A stretch of 64,000 nt of DNA from Minisyncoccota bacterium (GCA_012515515.1 JAAYYE010000006.1:252-64251), one strand, 5' to 3'; positions 40,042 to 50,180 are shown, counted from the first letter of the stretch. Notes: generated from the letters alone by a model not told the origin. Numbers and translations are program-made.

Positions 40042-40776
40042 GTGAAAGATTTGTGGTGGAAATATTTATTATTGTTGCTTTTGCCAGCACTGTTTGTTGG
40101 CTTGTTTTATTGGCGTAAAACCAGTATTCAAGAACAACTGCAACTTGAACAAACAACTGGTGGTGAAACAGCTAATACCATCCCCGAACTTCCAGAAAAC
40201 CGAGTGACTAATCCTGTTGACCTTAATAGTTTTCCTTTAAGCCCGGGAGGGGAGGGAGACCTGTTTTATCGGCTAGATTGCCACTACAGCAAACTCATTA
40301 TTTATCGCAATTATCAACAACTACCTCTTTTGCCTGGTAATTGGCACTCTTTGGTCGACATTGCCTGTCAATACCTCAATAGTCAGGCAAAGCTAGAGAC
40401 TATTTACCTACCCCTACATGTTTATCAGCCAGAAACTCAGCAATTGTTGCTGGTTGGAGGCTCGATTAAACAAGCAGAAGAAGCGGCGGTGCTGGAACTG
40501 GTTAAAGAAGCCGATGAGGCTTTTTATGAGGCCATGATGCTCCATGCTCTAGATAAAAAACCAGGATTGGAAACTCTTAAAATTGTCACTAATTACCCAA
40601 ACGATGATTTTAAAGATAATAGAACTAGGGGTATCGGCTTTGACAGCCTACTAGAGGTTGATCCTCCTTACACTAGAGAAGATTTAATAAATTTTTATCA
40701 AACGGGTTTTAGTCAATATTTGCCAGAAATAGCTGGCAAAGCTTATTTTTGGCCAGTAGCCAACTACAGTTTTTAA
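40042..40776 (+). CDS. TM-anchored protein paralogous to the preceding lipoprotein
   Basis: N-terminal TM; shared PP(x)YT.E.LI.F..TG...WP motif. Confidence 0.75.
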   Translation: MKDLWWKYLLLLLLPALFVGLFYWRKTSIQEQLQLEQTTGGETANTIPELPENRVTNPVDLNSFPLSPGGEGDLFYRLDCHYSKLIIYRNYQQLPLLPGNWHSLVDIACQYLNSQAKLETIYLPLHVYQPETQQLLLVGGSIKQAEEAAVLELVKEADEAFYEAMMLHALDKKPGLETLKIVTNYPNDDFKDNRTRGIGFDSLLEVDPPYTREDLINFYQTGFSQYLPEIAGKAYFWPVANYSF

Positions 40777-42678
40777 ATGAAAAAATATTTATTACTAACC
40801 TCTTGCTTTATCTTTAGTCTTTTGTTTTTAACCAACTTAAAGACTGTTGCAGCACAAAATTACGACAACTATTGTACAGGTGGCTGTTGTTGGGAATCAA
40901 CTGGTGGCACTGCCACGTTTTATAGTGGTTGTACCAATAGCCGGGGATATTGTGCTGGCACTGGTAACACTTCTCCAAATTATTGTCGTTGCCGAAACGA
41001 TAATCCTAGTTATGCAGGAGAGTGCAAATGCGATTTAAATTATAATAAGAATGATAATTCTGGACCAAGTTGTGCTACTACACCCAATACTTGGGGAACT
41101 TGTTTTAGGGCTAGATATAGTGATGGAGTGGCTGTTGCCTGTGAAAAAAACAGCGATTGTATTAATTATGGGGGGACTGGTGCTTATTCAAATGATTTTT
41201 GCGTTATTGAGTCTGGCACAGATTGTAAAGTTCAAGAACCCCCTTGGGTTTTGGGGTGTTGTTATTATGGTAGTGATTGTGGTGGCGGTGGCGGAACTGG
41301 CCCCACCAATACACCACCAGTAATCGCGCCACCAACCAGCGTGCCACCTACTTCTACTCCTAGTCCTACCCCCAGTCCTACTCCTACCCCCAGAGTAATT
41401 GCTGTTAATATCAATGTTTTCCGCGCCTCTAGTGCCGCCTATAACAACTCCACCAGCTCTTGTACAACTTCAGCATCAAGTGTTACTCCATATAATCAAT
41501 CTGCTAAAATAAGCCTTAACTACGAATCACAACCCACGCAAACACAAACACAAGCTACTGGATTATTCTCTTTTACTGTGAGTGGTGTAGAAACCGGCAA
41601 CCAACTCACTATCAATATTGATCCTTTAGACAATAGCTACTCTTGTCTCTGTCCCAATGGCTGCACCTATGCTTTAACTGTCCCAGCTGTGGGGACAAAT
41701 GTTATTAGTCGCAATATTTATCTGTCTAACTTTACTGATTCTTGGTGGCAGGTTGTTGGTGGCAATGCTTTTGTCAATGGTATGTTGAAGTCAATTGTTC
41801 CTGATCACCTGTGCACATCACCAACTTGTCTGGCAGGAGTCTTCCTGCCCTTACCAAGTCAGAGTGCTTTCACTAGTGGTTTTCCTTTTTTGCATGGTAC
41901 AAATCTTAATTCCATTAGCACCCATCAAAACGCTACTGAAAACTTAGCTAATATTCATTTATCTGGTCAGCGCACAAATTCTCAAAGTGCTGATGGTCTA
42001 GTACTTGGCTTTACGCCTACCGATCTAAATTATAATTATTTTTACCAATTGGCAACAAATAATGGGACGATTAATAATGTTACTTCACTTGATTTAGCTC
42101 AATGGCGAGCTGATACTAATCACAACACCCAAGGTCTTACTATCTTTAAACTACCCACTGGCGATCAAACAATTAATCAGAACAACAACTTATTTGTGCA
42201 AAATGGAGAAAGAGTAGTCATTTTTGTCGATGGCAACCTCACAATTGAAAACAATCCATTTGTGAGTGGGCAAAAAATTACCACTGTCAATCAGGGCGGA
42301 TTTTTAGGTATTTTTGTTAGCGGTGACATTATCATTGAACCCAATGTTGGTACAGCACTCGATACCGGCAATCCTGCAAACATTACTCCCGTTACTTTAA
42401 GCAATACCCACTTAAATGGTGTCTTTTTTAGCGATGGTACTCTAACAATTGAGGGAGATACTAGTTATCCAAATTATAAATTTATTGGTGCTGGCACTTT
42501 TATTGGTAAAACCAGTGTAACATTAGGTCGTCAAACCAACGATGACACAAAAATCCACAACAGCTACCAAGCCCTAGAAAGCTTTATTTACCGTCCAGAT
42601 CTCTTAGTTAATTGGCCAAACGAATTAAAATCTAGCATCATTAATTGGCGAGAAGTAGCTCCCAAGAGCTTGAATTAG
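40777..42678 (+). CDS. Secreted Cys-rich protein, putative pilus-associated adhesin
   Basis: Signal peptide, 18-Cys N-terminal domain, Pro/Thr/Ser linker, C-terminal beta-rich region (WWQVVGG, FVDGNLTI, YRPDLL, WREVAP). Confidence 0.75.
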   Translation: MKKYLLLTSCFIFSLLFLTNLKTVAAQNYDNYCTGGCCWESTGGTATFYSGCTNSRGYCAGTGNTSPNYCRCRNDNPSYAGECKCDLNYNKNDNSGPSCATTPNTWGTCFRARYSDGVAVACEKNSDCINYGGTGAYSNDFCVIESGTDCKVQEPPWVLGCCYYGSDCGGGGGTGPTNTPPVIAPPTSVPPTSTPSPTPSPTPTPRVIAVNINVFRASSAAYNNSTSSCTTSASSVTPYNQSAKISLNYESQPTQTQTQATGLFSFTVSGVETGNQLTINIDPLDNSYSCLCPNGCTYALTVPAVGTNVISRNIYLSNFTDSWWQVVGGNAFVNGMLKSIVPDHLCTSPTCLAGVFLPLPSQSAFTSGFPFLHGTNLNSISTHQNATENLANIHLSGQRTNSQSADGLVLGFTPTDLNYNYFYQLATNNGTINNVTSLDLAQWRADTNHNTQGLTIFKLPTGDQTINQNNNLFVQNGERVVIFVDGNLTIENNPFVSGQKITTVNQGGFLGIFVSGDIIIEPNVGTALDTGNPANITPVTLSNTHLNGVFFSDGTLTIEGDTSYPNYKFIGAGTFIGKTSVTLGRQTNDDTKIHNSYQALESFIYRPDLLVNWPNELKSSIINWREVAPKSLN

Positions 42679-42700
42679 GGGTATTGAATTAAGGGTATAC

Positions 42701-43246
42701 GTGTCAAAAAAAAGCCTGCAATCATCATCACTCGCTGCTTTTACTTTAATCGAAATTTTAGTGACGGTTAGTATTACTGCCTTGATTATGCTGGGCATGA
42801 CCAGCCTGTTTATTAGTTTTGTAATGTCAGCGAGTAAAAGTCGCATGAGTCAAAGTGTTCGAGAAAGTGGCACTGTTGCCATGCAAAAGATAATTGAAGA
42901 GTTGCGCAATGCTAAGAACATCAACATAGCTGCAGCTCAATGTAACGGCACTATTCAACTTGCAACACTGTCTTTTAAAAAAACTAATGCTGATAATGCT
43001 GAAATCAGCGGCAAGTTTTCTAGCTCAGGTATTTCAAACAAAAGAATATTATTTACAGAGGGGACTAACGATTATTTTCTCACCGGCGATAATCATTATC
43101 TAAGTAATCTTACTTTTGTCTGTCATGGCGGGGCAATGCCAAAATACATTGAAATTAAGTTTACTTTAGCCACCAGTGCTATTGCTGCCAACAACCCAAA
43201 CCAAAGCAAACTGGATTTCAAATCTGGGGTAACTTTGCGTAATTAA
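42701..43246 (+). CDS. Minor pilin (PilW-like)
   Basis: A|FTLIEILV type IV pilin signal. Confidence 0.88.
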   Translation: MSKKSLQSSSLAAFTLIEILVTVSITALIMLGMTSLFISFVMSASKSRMSQSVRESGTVAMQKIIEELRNAKNINIAAAQCNGTIQLATLSFKKTNADNAEISGKFSSSGISNKRILFTEGTNDYFLTGDNHYLSNLTFVCHGGAMPKYIEIKFTLATSAIAANNPNQSKLDFKSGVTLRN

Positions 43247-43749
43247 TATTTTTTGAAAGTTTGCTCGACGGTGTAAAAAGCATCATCCGAATCGCCAACC
43301 GGAGATCCTGATTTATCAAAGCGATAAATATCAATTTGCACCTTCACACTCTCTTCATTTAGACTATCAATTTTTGTAATAGTGGCTTCAATACTATAAT
43401 AAAAAAAGTTCAAGTCTCCCTGATGAGCACTGCAAGAACCGAGAACAGAGTGCATATTAGCAATATCTCCTGGAAAAGTATTTAGACAATATGTTGCATT
43501 ATGATTCAAGTTTGAATAGAAAGCAGTCCAACCCCTAACCAGCCGTTCACGACGAAAAAATTCTATGCTCTGTTGCGCCTTCATCTGGGCCAATTGCTCC
43601 ATTTCATTGGCTTCTGCCACTCTTACCGATAAAGCCATCATCGACCCCAAAGCGGTCATTACCAGCGCTACAATTGACACAGCAGCCAAGACCTCAACAA
43701 AGGTAAAAGCTCCTTGTTTCTTTTGCCATTTTTTTCTTTTTTTTAACAT
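43243..43749 (-). CDS. Minor pilin (PilV-like)
   Basis: A|FTFVEVLAA; start moved to ATG 43749. Confidence 0.88.
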   Translation of the reverse strand: MLKKRKKWQKKQGAFTFVEVLAAVSIVALVMTALGSMMALSVRVAEANEMEQLAQMKAQQSIEFFRRERLVRGWTAFYSNLNHNATYCLNTFPGDIANMHSVLGSCSAHQGDLNFFYYSIEATITKIDSLNEESVKVQIDIYRFDKSGSPVGDSDDAFYTVEQTFKKY

Positions 43750-43756
43750 AAAATAA

Positions 43757-44272
43757 TTAATAAGTAACTTTAATACTTCCTCCATGATCGATATTGAAGG
43801 TGGCAGTAGAAGTACTGCCTGTCGAACTAATTGTAAAAGAAGCATCTCTACTTAAATTGCCAAGCGGATAAAATTTTAAATCATACAAGTTATCACTTGT
43901 AGTAAATTTGTTTCCCTCTGAAACTCTGACAAGAGATTTGTTACCTGGAGAATATGTAGCATCTGCAGGTTCTCCATAACACCTTATTGAAATTTGATAA
44001 TATAGCCCTCTACCAGGATCACTCTCATAGTTATATACACTAAAATTTACAAACTGTAATTGGTCACATTCGCCCAAGTAACCAATTTTGGCCATATTTT
44101 GCGCTTCCCTAAAACCTGACTCTATTTTTTCTGCCACTGCCACTAAGCGCTGTTTTTCTATAAAACTGGTATAACTAGCCACGGCGCCACTGACCAAAAG
44201 CATAATAATAACTATTGAAACTAGCAGCTCGATGAGGGAAAAGCCTGATGATTTATGGGGTGAGGATGACAT
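43757..44272 (-). CDS. Minor pilin (FimT/GspH-like)
   Basis: G|FSLIELLV, REAQNMA. Confidence 0.88.
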   Translation of the reverse strand: MSSSPHKSSGFSLIELLVSIVIIMLLVSGAVASYTSFIEKQRLVAVAEKIESGFREAQNMAKIGYLGECDQLQFVNFSVYNYESDPGRGLYYQISIRCYGEPADATYSPGNKSLVRVSEGNKFTTSDNLYDLKFYPLGNLSRDASFTISSTGSTSTATFNIDHGGSIKVTY

Positions 44273-44684
44273 AATTAGAAGCAGGATCAGTCTCTAGCTT
44301 AGCGCTTAATTCGACTTTATTACAATTGGCGCCAGGTGTAGAAGTACACCGCGCCTTATAAACATAGGTGGCGTCACCAGTTTTTGGATCAGCGATGCCA
44401 GTTGATGTTAAATAACCATCAAGTGCTAAGCGATCAAGAATATTGGTAAAATTGCCTGCTGTAGAACTCCCAGTAACATTTCCATAACTACCCTTATCTT
44501 GTCGATATAAAACTAGTGCCTGACGTACTGTTTCTAAATCGGTTTTACGTTTAGAATTTCTTGAGTTTTTTTGCGCATTGGAAAAACTAACCGCAGTTAC
44601 TGTAACCAAAACCGCAATAATCGTGGCCACTACCAAGATTTCAATCAAGGTAAAAGCGCGAATTTTTTTGATTTTATTTGACAT
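44253..44684 (-). CDS. Type IV pilin (GspG-like)
   Basis: A|FTLIEILVV, SRNSKRKTDL, DPK, C-terminal Cys pair. Confidence 0.9.
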   Translation of the reverse strand: MSNKIKKIRAFTLIEILVVATIIAVLVTVTAVSFSNAQKNSRNSKRKTDLETVRQALVLYRQDKGSYGNVTGSSTAGNFTNILDRLALDGYLTSTGIADPKTGDATYVYKARCTSTPGANCNKVELSAKLETDPASNYVILTP

Positions 44685-44715
44685 AATTAACTTTTTTAAT
44701 TAATAAGAAGCAAAA

Positions 44716-45174
44716 TTATTGTAAATTACTAACACAAAAGAAATTTTTAGTACCACCATAGGCGCATGAGGTACCAGTAGCAGCTGCATTCGCGTTGCCT
44801 GCTCCAGCGGTTTCTAATTGCGCACAAACACAATACTTGTCGCCATTTGATCTACCACCATATTGATATGGACTTACATTTTTCGGATCAACTGGTGCCC
44901 CGGCAGGAAAATAGTCCGTACCAGCAGTAGTTATCATAGTGGGTAGCGTAATCATCGCTCCACCAGCACCTTTTGGATAACCACCATCATGGTCTGCATA
45001 ATATTGCTCTAAACCATTTTGTACTGCTTTTATATCTTCTCGGCGTCGGCTATCTCTTGATTTGCGCTGGGCATTACTAAAACTAGCCACTCCCAGAGAA
45101 ATTAAGATAGCCATAATAGCAATTACTACCAATAACTCGAGCAAAGTAAAAGCTCCTAATTTATTTTTTTTCAT
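44716..45174 (-). CDS. Type IV pilin (GspG-like)
   Basis: A|FTLLELLVV, SRDSRRREDI, DPK, four Cys. Confidence 0.9.
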   Translation of the reverse strand: MKKNKLGAFTLLELLVVIAIMAILISLGVASFSNAQRKSRDSRRREDIKAVQNGLEQYYADHDGGYPKGAGGAMITLPTMITTAGTDYFPAGAPVDPKNVSPYQYGGRSNGDKYCVCAQLETAGAGNANAAATGTSCAYGGTKNFFCVSNLQ

Positions 45175-45181
45175 AAATTTC

Positions 45182-46207
45182 CTAATTACTTACTATAATT
45201 TTTAAGCGACTTAATTCGTAATCCACCGAAGGCGTCAAACGAGCGTCTTTAGCCTCGATCCAAGCCTCAAAATAACAAACACCTTCTCCACAAGTATACA
45301 CATGATCAACCACTCCCTGCAAATCTTGCGTGCTAAAACTTTGCCCATCACCAAAAAAAATCGTGCTGCTAATCGGCAATTGCACTGTCTCAGCCGATTT
45401 TTTTTCAATATTACTCAGCAAATCAACAAATACTTGCAAATGACTTTTCCAGTGTAAAAAAGAGTTGTCTTGTTCATCTAACACAGTTTGATTACTAAAT
45501 AACTGTTGTTTGCCATCGCCAACAACATAGGCAAAGGCCACTGTTTGTCCTGAAGCAATACTCACCATTCTTTTATCATTGGCATTACTTGGCATTGCAT
45601 TGAAGGCTAAAACAATCGGCCGTGGCTGACAACCCTGGTAACAAGTTTTTGGACAATCGGTGGCTGAATCTTGTTTTTTGCCAATCCCTTGCTCGGTGTC
45701 ATTTTGACAACACTGATAATTAAAACCAGCACATTCACTAGCTGGACCAGATGTGTAATCGATCATGGTGGGAGCTTTTCCAACAGTTAGCTCATTGATT
45801 TCTTTAAAAACAGTGGTTTCTTTTCCCAGAGCATTTAAGACTATTTGACTAGCTCTTTTGTTTTGGAGATCAAAAACAAAACCAGAGCCACCATCAACTT
45901 TTTTCACAAAAATTGGTAAAGTTTTAGTTTCAATTAAAATTGGTCTTTTGGCAAAATCACTACAGACAGTTTCTAGCTGATATTCTCGCTCATTAATAAA
46001 GCGCAACTGGCCCCAAGCCGAGGGAGACCTGGAAAAGCCGTCATAACAATTGCTGAGATGATTTTGATTGTTCATTAATAAATTGGCCGCTCTTTGCAAA
46101 TCATTAGTCGCCAGCAGCATTAGTAACTCTCGACCTAAAAAAATACCAACTAGCAATAAAAAAACAATGAAGACTAAGCTTGAAAAAATAAAACGAATAA
46201 TTCTCAT
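45182..46207 (-). CDS. TM-anchored Cys-containing protein with PKD-like C-terminus in the pilus operon
   Basis: N-terminal TM, C....CC....C...C...C cluster, FFGDG..H.Y. Confidence 0.65.
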   Translation of the reverse strand: MRIIRFIFSSLVFIVFLLLVGIFLGRELLMLLATNDLQRAANLLMNNQNHLSNCYDGFSRSPSAWGQLRFINEREYQLETVCSDFAKRPILIETKTLPIFVKKVDGGSGFVFDLQNKRASQIVLNALGKETTVFKEINELTVGKAPTMIDYTSGPASECAGFNYQCCQNDTEQGIGKKQDSATDCPKTCYQGCQPRPIVLAFNAMPSNANDKRMVSIASGQTVAFAYVVGDGKQQLFSNQTVLDEQDNSFLHWKSHLQVFVDLLSNIEKKSAETVQLPISSTIFFGDGQSFSTQDLQGVVDHVYTCGEGVCYFEAWIEAKDARLTPSVDYELSRLKIIVSN

Positions 46208-46211
46208 ATGC

Positions 46212-47060
46212 TCACGTAATTAAGGCTAAATACCAAGCCCATATTGGTTCTGCCCAAAAATAAGTCAGGATGAAACCAACTAGTAAAAATGGCCCAAAGG
46301 GCAGCACTTGACCAATTTTTTTCTGTTTAAGGAGCAATAAAATTGTAGCAAAAAAACCACCAACAATAAAGCTAAGGAAAATCGCTAAAACCACTTTTGG
46401 CCAGGTTAAAACATAGCTTAAAGGTAGCATTAATTTAATATCACCCAAGCCGAGAGCATCTTTTTTTAAAATCCAGGATGCAAAAAAGTAGAGTAGAGTA
46501 AAGAAAGCTATCGAAACTGCAACAGCAATTAAGCCACTGGTGTAAGCAGAACCAGTTAAAACAATGGCTAATAAGCTTAATAAAACAATAAAAAAGTCAG
46601 GAATAATTAGATATTGAAAATCAGCCACTGCCACAAAAATTAAGAGTAAAAAAAATAAATATTGAGTAGCGACTAGGATTGGATCTAAGGCTTGACCAGC
46701 ACTAATTTGCAAATAAATAATTAGGGCAAAAGCCAGTGAGTAAAGCCCTGCCAACAATTCAGTAAAAAAATGCTTTTGGGCAATTTTAGCCCGACAATGG
46801 GGGCATTTTCCCCTCAGCATTAAAAAAGAAACAATGGGAATATTGTGCTTGGCACTGATGGGTTTTTGACAACAATCGGTGAATGAGCGACCTTGCCAAA
46901 AAGGCGGTAGCTTCAATCTCTTTCCTTTTTTATTTTTAATAAGGCCACAATCACTAGCAGTTCGATAAATCACCACGTTCAAAAAGCTGGCTAAAATTGC
47001 TCCCAAAAAGAAGCAGACTAGAGCAAAAATAAAATAATAAAGGTAAAAAATAATAGTCAC
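46212..47060 (-). CDS. pilD: Prepilin peptidase
   Basis: SFLNVVIYR, NIPIVSF..LRGKCPHC, D...IIPD, GLGDIKL, PFGPF. Confidence 0.93.
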   Translation of the reverse strand: MTIIFYLYYFIFALVCFFLGAILASFLNVVIYRTASDCGLIKNKKGKRLKLPPFWQGRSFTDCCQKPISAKHNIPIVSFLMLRGKCPHCRAKIAQKHFFTELLAGLYSLAFALIIYLQISAGQALDPILVATQYLFFLLLIFVAVADFQYLIIPDFFIVLLSLLAIVLTGSAYTSGLIAVAVSIAFFTLLYFFASWILKKDALGLGDIKLMLPLSYVLTWPKVVLAIFLSFIVGGFFATILLLLKQKKIGQVLPFGPFLLVGFILTYFWAEPIWAWYLALIT

Positions 47061-47074
47061 TAATTCATCATAAC

Positions 47075-47105
47075 AAAAAAACCCGAGCCTTGGGGCTCGG
47101 GTTTT
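47075..47105 (-). terminator. Intrinsic terminator after the pilin gene
   Basis: aaaacccgagcc-ttgg-ggctcgggtttt hairpin with T-tract on the minus strand. Confidence 0.88.
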
Positions 47106-47123
47106 AATTATTAACTTAAACTG

Positions 47124-47765
47124 TTAGGGGAGACAAATACAGTTGCCTTTTTCACCACAACCACCTTCTTCAATTGGATCTGTATTATCTATTGCTTTTG
47201 CTACTGGGTAATCTTCTGGTAAATCAGTTAAAGCCCGCTCACCCGCTTCTTGTTGCATGGCGTTAGACTGCGGAGCAAAACAAACATAGGTAGAAGTATA
47301 AGTTGAATCATTGTGATAAACATTTAAGCGATTATTTCGATCATCATCCATTTTGGTAACAAAGCTCAGTTTCAATTCTTGAGTACCTGGCTCATCGTTA
47401 CAATTGGTGGTTAGTCCACTCGTCACTTCGCTCAAGCGGTTAAGAACTGGACACTGGCTAAAAGGTGAAGTATCTACTACCCAACCACTGTTCACTTCGA
47501 CCCACTCTAAGTTTGGAGACTGACCAACCGCAGTATTCCATGGGTAATAACCGGTCATCGCGTAGAAACGCTCAATAGCCGACAATAATTGCTCGGCATC
47601 AGATCGGCTACCCGTATCTCGACCTCGATTAATCTGCTCAATTGGGTTAATGGCCGACAGCACTGCCACCGCCAAAATACCCAAAATGGCAATTACAATT
47701 AATAACTCAATCATGGTAAAAGCTAATTGCTTTTTTAATCTGGGGAAAAAAGATTTGGTTTTCAT
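47124..47765 (-). CDS. Type IV pilin, probably the major pilin
   Basis: A|FTMIELLIVIAI..LAVAVLSAINP; follows pilC and has its own terminator. Confidence 0.88.
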   Translation of the reverse strand: MKTKSFFPRLKKQLAFTMIELLIVIAILGILAVAVLSAINPIEQINRGRDTGSRSDAEQLLSAIERFYAMTGYYPWNTAVGQSPNLEWVEVNSGWVVDTSPFSQCPVLNRLSEVTSGLTTNCNDEPGTQELKLSFVTKMDDDRNNRLNVYHNDSTYTSTYVCFAPQSNAMQQEAGERALTDLPEDYPVAKAIDNTDPIEEGGCGEKGNCICLP

Positions 47766-47856
47766 ATTTTTCTTTTTTTATTATTTGTAATTATATTCAA
47801 ATACCTCCTAACATATTCAGTGTAAACTATGATCGATACCTATTTCAAGTAGCAAT

Positions 47857-49059
47857 TTAGAATTGACTGGTTAAACTGTAAATTGGCATAATAATTGCCA
47901 CCACCATAAAACCAACACCAACAGCTAAAGCAATCATAATCATTGGCTCTAGTGCTGCAGTCATATTTTTGACCGCATACTCGCTTTCTTTTTCAAAATA
48001 TTCAGCCAATTTGCCCAATATTTCATCTAATTTACCAGTTTCCTCACCCACACTCATCATTTGATGCAAAATTGGGGGAAAATCTTCATAACGAGAAACT
48101 GCTGCTGATAAGGAAGTACCGCGTTCCACCTGTTTGGCTGCTTCCGCCAATTCCTCTCGATAAACAGCATTGTCAATGGCTTCTGCAACAATGTTAATCG
48201 ACTCTAATAGTGATACTCCAGCTCCTAATAATAAAGCTAAAGTACGCGCAAAGTCGGTGAGAATAATTTTCTGACGCATAGGACCAAAAACGGGAATAGT
48301 TAACATCCAACGATCAATAGCCAACTCTCCCTTTTTAGTTTTTTTATAAGAACGCAAGGCAAAAATGCCGCCCACCACTATTAACAACAGCACCCACCAA
48401 AATTGCACCATAAAATCTGAAATACCCATAAATATCTTGGTTAAAGCTGGTAGTTCAGCATCAAAATCGTCGTACATTTGCGTTAATTTGGGAATAACTG
48501 CCACCATCATCACCACCATCACCACTACCATGGCTATTAAAATAATGACTGGATAAATCATGGCGCTTTTGGTTTTGGCTTTAAAATCTTTATCTTTTTC
48601 TAAATTGAGGGCCAAACGCTCTAGCACTTCATCTAAAACACCTCCTGCTTCTCCAGCTTTCACCAGTTGCGTATAGATGCGAGTAAAATTATCTGGATAT
48701 TTTTGTAAAGCATCAGAAAAACTTAAGCCGCCTTCAACATCTTTAAGTAAATTGGCACTTAATTTACCCATTTCACTTTCACTCTCTTCTTCTAAGATTG
48801 ATAGGGAGTTCGCCAGGGGCAATCCAGCATTAATCATCGTTGACAATTGCCGCGTAAAATTAACTAATTCGGCAAATTTTACTTTGGGTTTAAAAATTTT
48901 AGATAAAAAACCTGCTTCTTGACCCAAGCTTGATACATCAATCACAAACAAATCTCGGGCAAACAAAGTCGAAACTGCTTGCATTTTCGAAATGGCTTCA
49001 ACTTTTCCTTTAATCGTTTCTCCGCGTTTGTTTTTTGCTGTATATTTAAAAATTGGCAT
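47857..49059 (-). CDS. pilC: Type IV pilus platform protein PilC
   Basis: FTRQLSTM..AGLPL, AGEAGG.L, VGEETGKLD, LEP. Confidence 0.95.
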   Translation of the reverse strand: MPIFKYTAKNKRGETIKGKVEAISKMQAVSTLFARDLFVIDVSSLGQEAGFLSKIFKPKVKFAELVNFTRQLSTMINAGLPLANSLSILEEESESEMGKLSANLLKDVEGGLSFSDALQKYPDNFTRIYTQLVKAGEAGGVLDEVLERLALNLEKDKDFKAKTKSAMIYPVIILIAMVVVMVVMMVAVIPKLTQMYDDFDAELPALTKIFMGISDFMVQFWWVLLLIVVGGIFALRSYKKTKKGELAIDRWMLTIPVFGPMRQKIILTDFARTLALLLGAGVSLLESINIVAEAIDNAVYREELAEAAKQVERGTSLSAAVSRYEDFPPILHQMMSVGEETGKLDEILGKLAEYFEKESEYAVKNMTAALEPMIMIALAVGVGFMVVAIIMPIYSLTSQF

Positions 49060-49069
49060 AATTACTTTA

Positions 49070-50125
49070 TTACTCTTCTAATAAGCGTAACATATCTGTT
49101 GGGCGAAAGGCATAATTTAATGCTGTTTCTCTACTAATCACATTTTGTCTATGAAGATCGAGCAGATGACTTTCCATTAACATCATGCCAGCCACAACAT
49201 TAGTTTGAATAATGCTATCAATTTGAAAAACTTTTGCATCGCGAATTAAGTTGGCTACTGCCGCATTGTTAAATAACAACTCTATGGCTGCAGTGCGACC
49301 ACCATGAATTTTTGGCACCAAACGCTGCGAGACAACCGCCTTCAAGACGCTAGCTAATTGTTGACGAATTTGGCCTTGTTGATGCGATGGAAACACATCA
49401 ATGATACGATCGATGGTTTGCGCCGCAGTATTGGTGTGAATCGTTGCAAAAACCAGATGACCTGTTTCAGCAAGAGTCAGTGTGGAAGAAATTGTTTCCA
49501 AATCTCGCATTTCACCAACTAAAACTACATCTGGATCAGACCGAAGAGCACTTCTTAAGGCTAATTCCCATTGGTGAGTATCCTTACCAACCTCGCGTTG
49601 AGAAACCACACTTTTATCTGACTGATAAACAAATTCAACCGGATCTTCGATGGTTAAAATATGTTGACTTTGAGTGTGGTTAATCTCGTCAATAATCGCC
49701 GCTAATGAAGTTGATTTTCCCTCACCAGTTGGACCGGTAAAAAGCACCAAACCCTGCTTGTAAGTGCCAAATTTATGAAAAACCTGAGGCAAAGCTAATT
49801 CATCAACAGTGCGAATAGTTTGAGGAATTAAGCGCAGAGCTGCTGCATAGCTACCCAGATGCTGATAAACACAGATACGAAAACGAGCCCACTCATTAAA
49901 CTGATAAGCCAAATCAATTTCTTTTTCTTCTTTTAATTGCGCCTGCTGCTTGTCGCTTAATAAGTCAAAAATCCAAGCTTGAGCTTGATCTGCTTTAAGC
50001 AATTGCGGACCAGCTGGAAAACTTAAGACGCCATTAATTCTAATCGACAGAGGCGATTCTGGAATGATGTGTATATCTGAACCATCATTATCAACTAAGA
50101 ATTGTAGTATTTCTTGCACTTTCAT
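49070..50125 (-). CDS. pilT: Retraction ATPase PilT
   Basis: GPTGEGKST, TIEDPVE, ALRSDPD, GEMRD, ANLIRD. Confidence 0.95.
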   Translation of the reverse strand: MKVQEILQFLVDNDGSDIHIIPESPLSIRINGVLSFPAGPQLLKADQAQAWIFDLLSDKQQAQLKEEKEIDLAYQFNEWARFRICVYQHLGSYAAALRLIPQTIRTVDELALPQVFHKFGTYKQGLVLFTGPTGEGKSTSLAAIIDEINHTQSQHILTIEDPVEFVYQSDKSVVSQREVGKDTHQWELALRSALRSDPDVVLVGEMRDLETISSTLTLAETGHLVFATIHTNTAAQTIDRIIDVFPSHQQGQIRQQLASVLKAVVSQRLVPKIHGGRTAAIELLFNNAAVANLIRDAKVFQIDSIIQTNVVAGMMLMESHLLDLHRQNVISRETALNYAFRPTDMLRLLEE

Positions 50126-50180
50126 AAAGATTTTTCTCCATTAATTAATGCTATATTTTGCTTTTTTTGCATATAATTGA

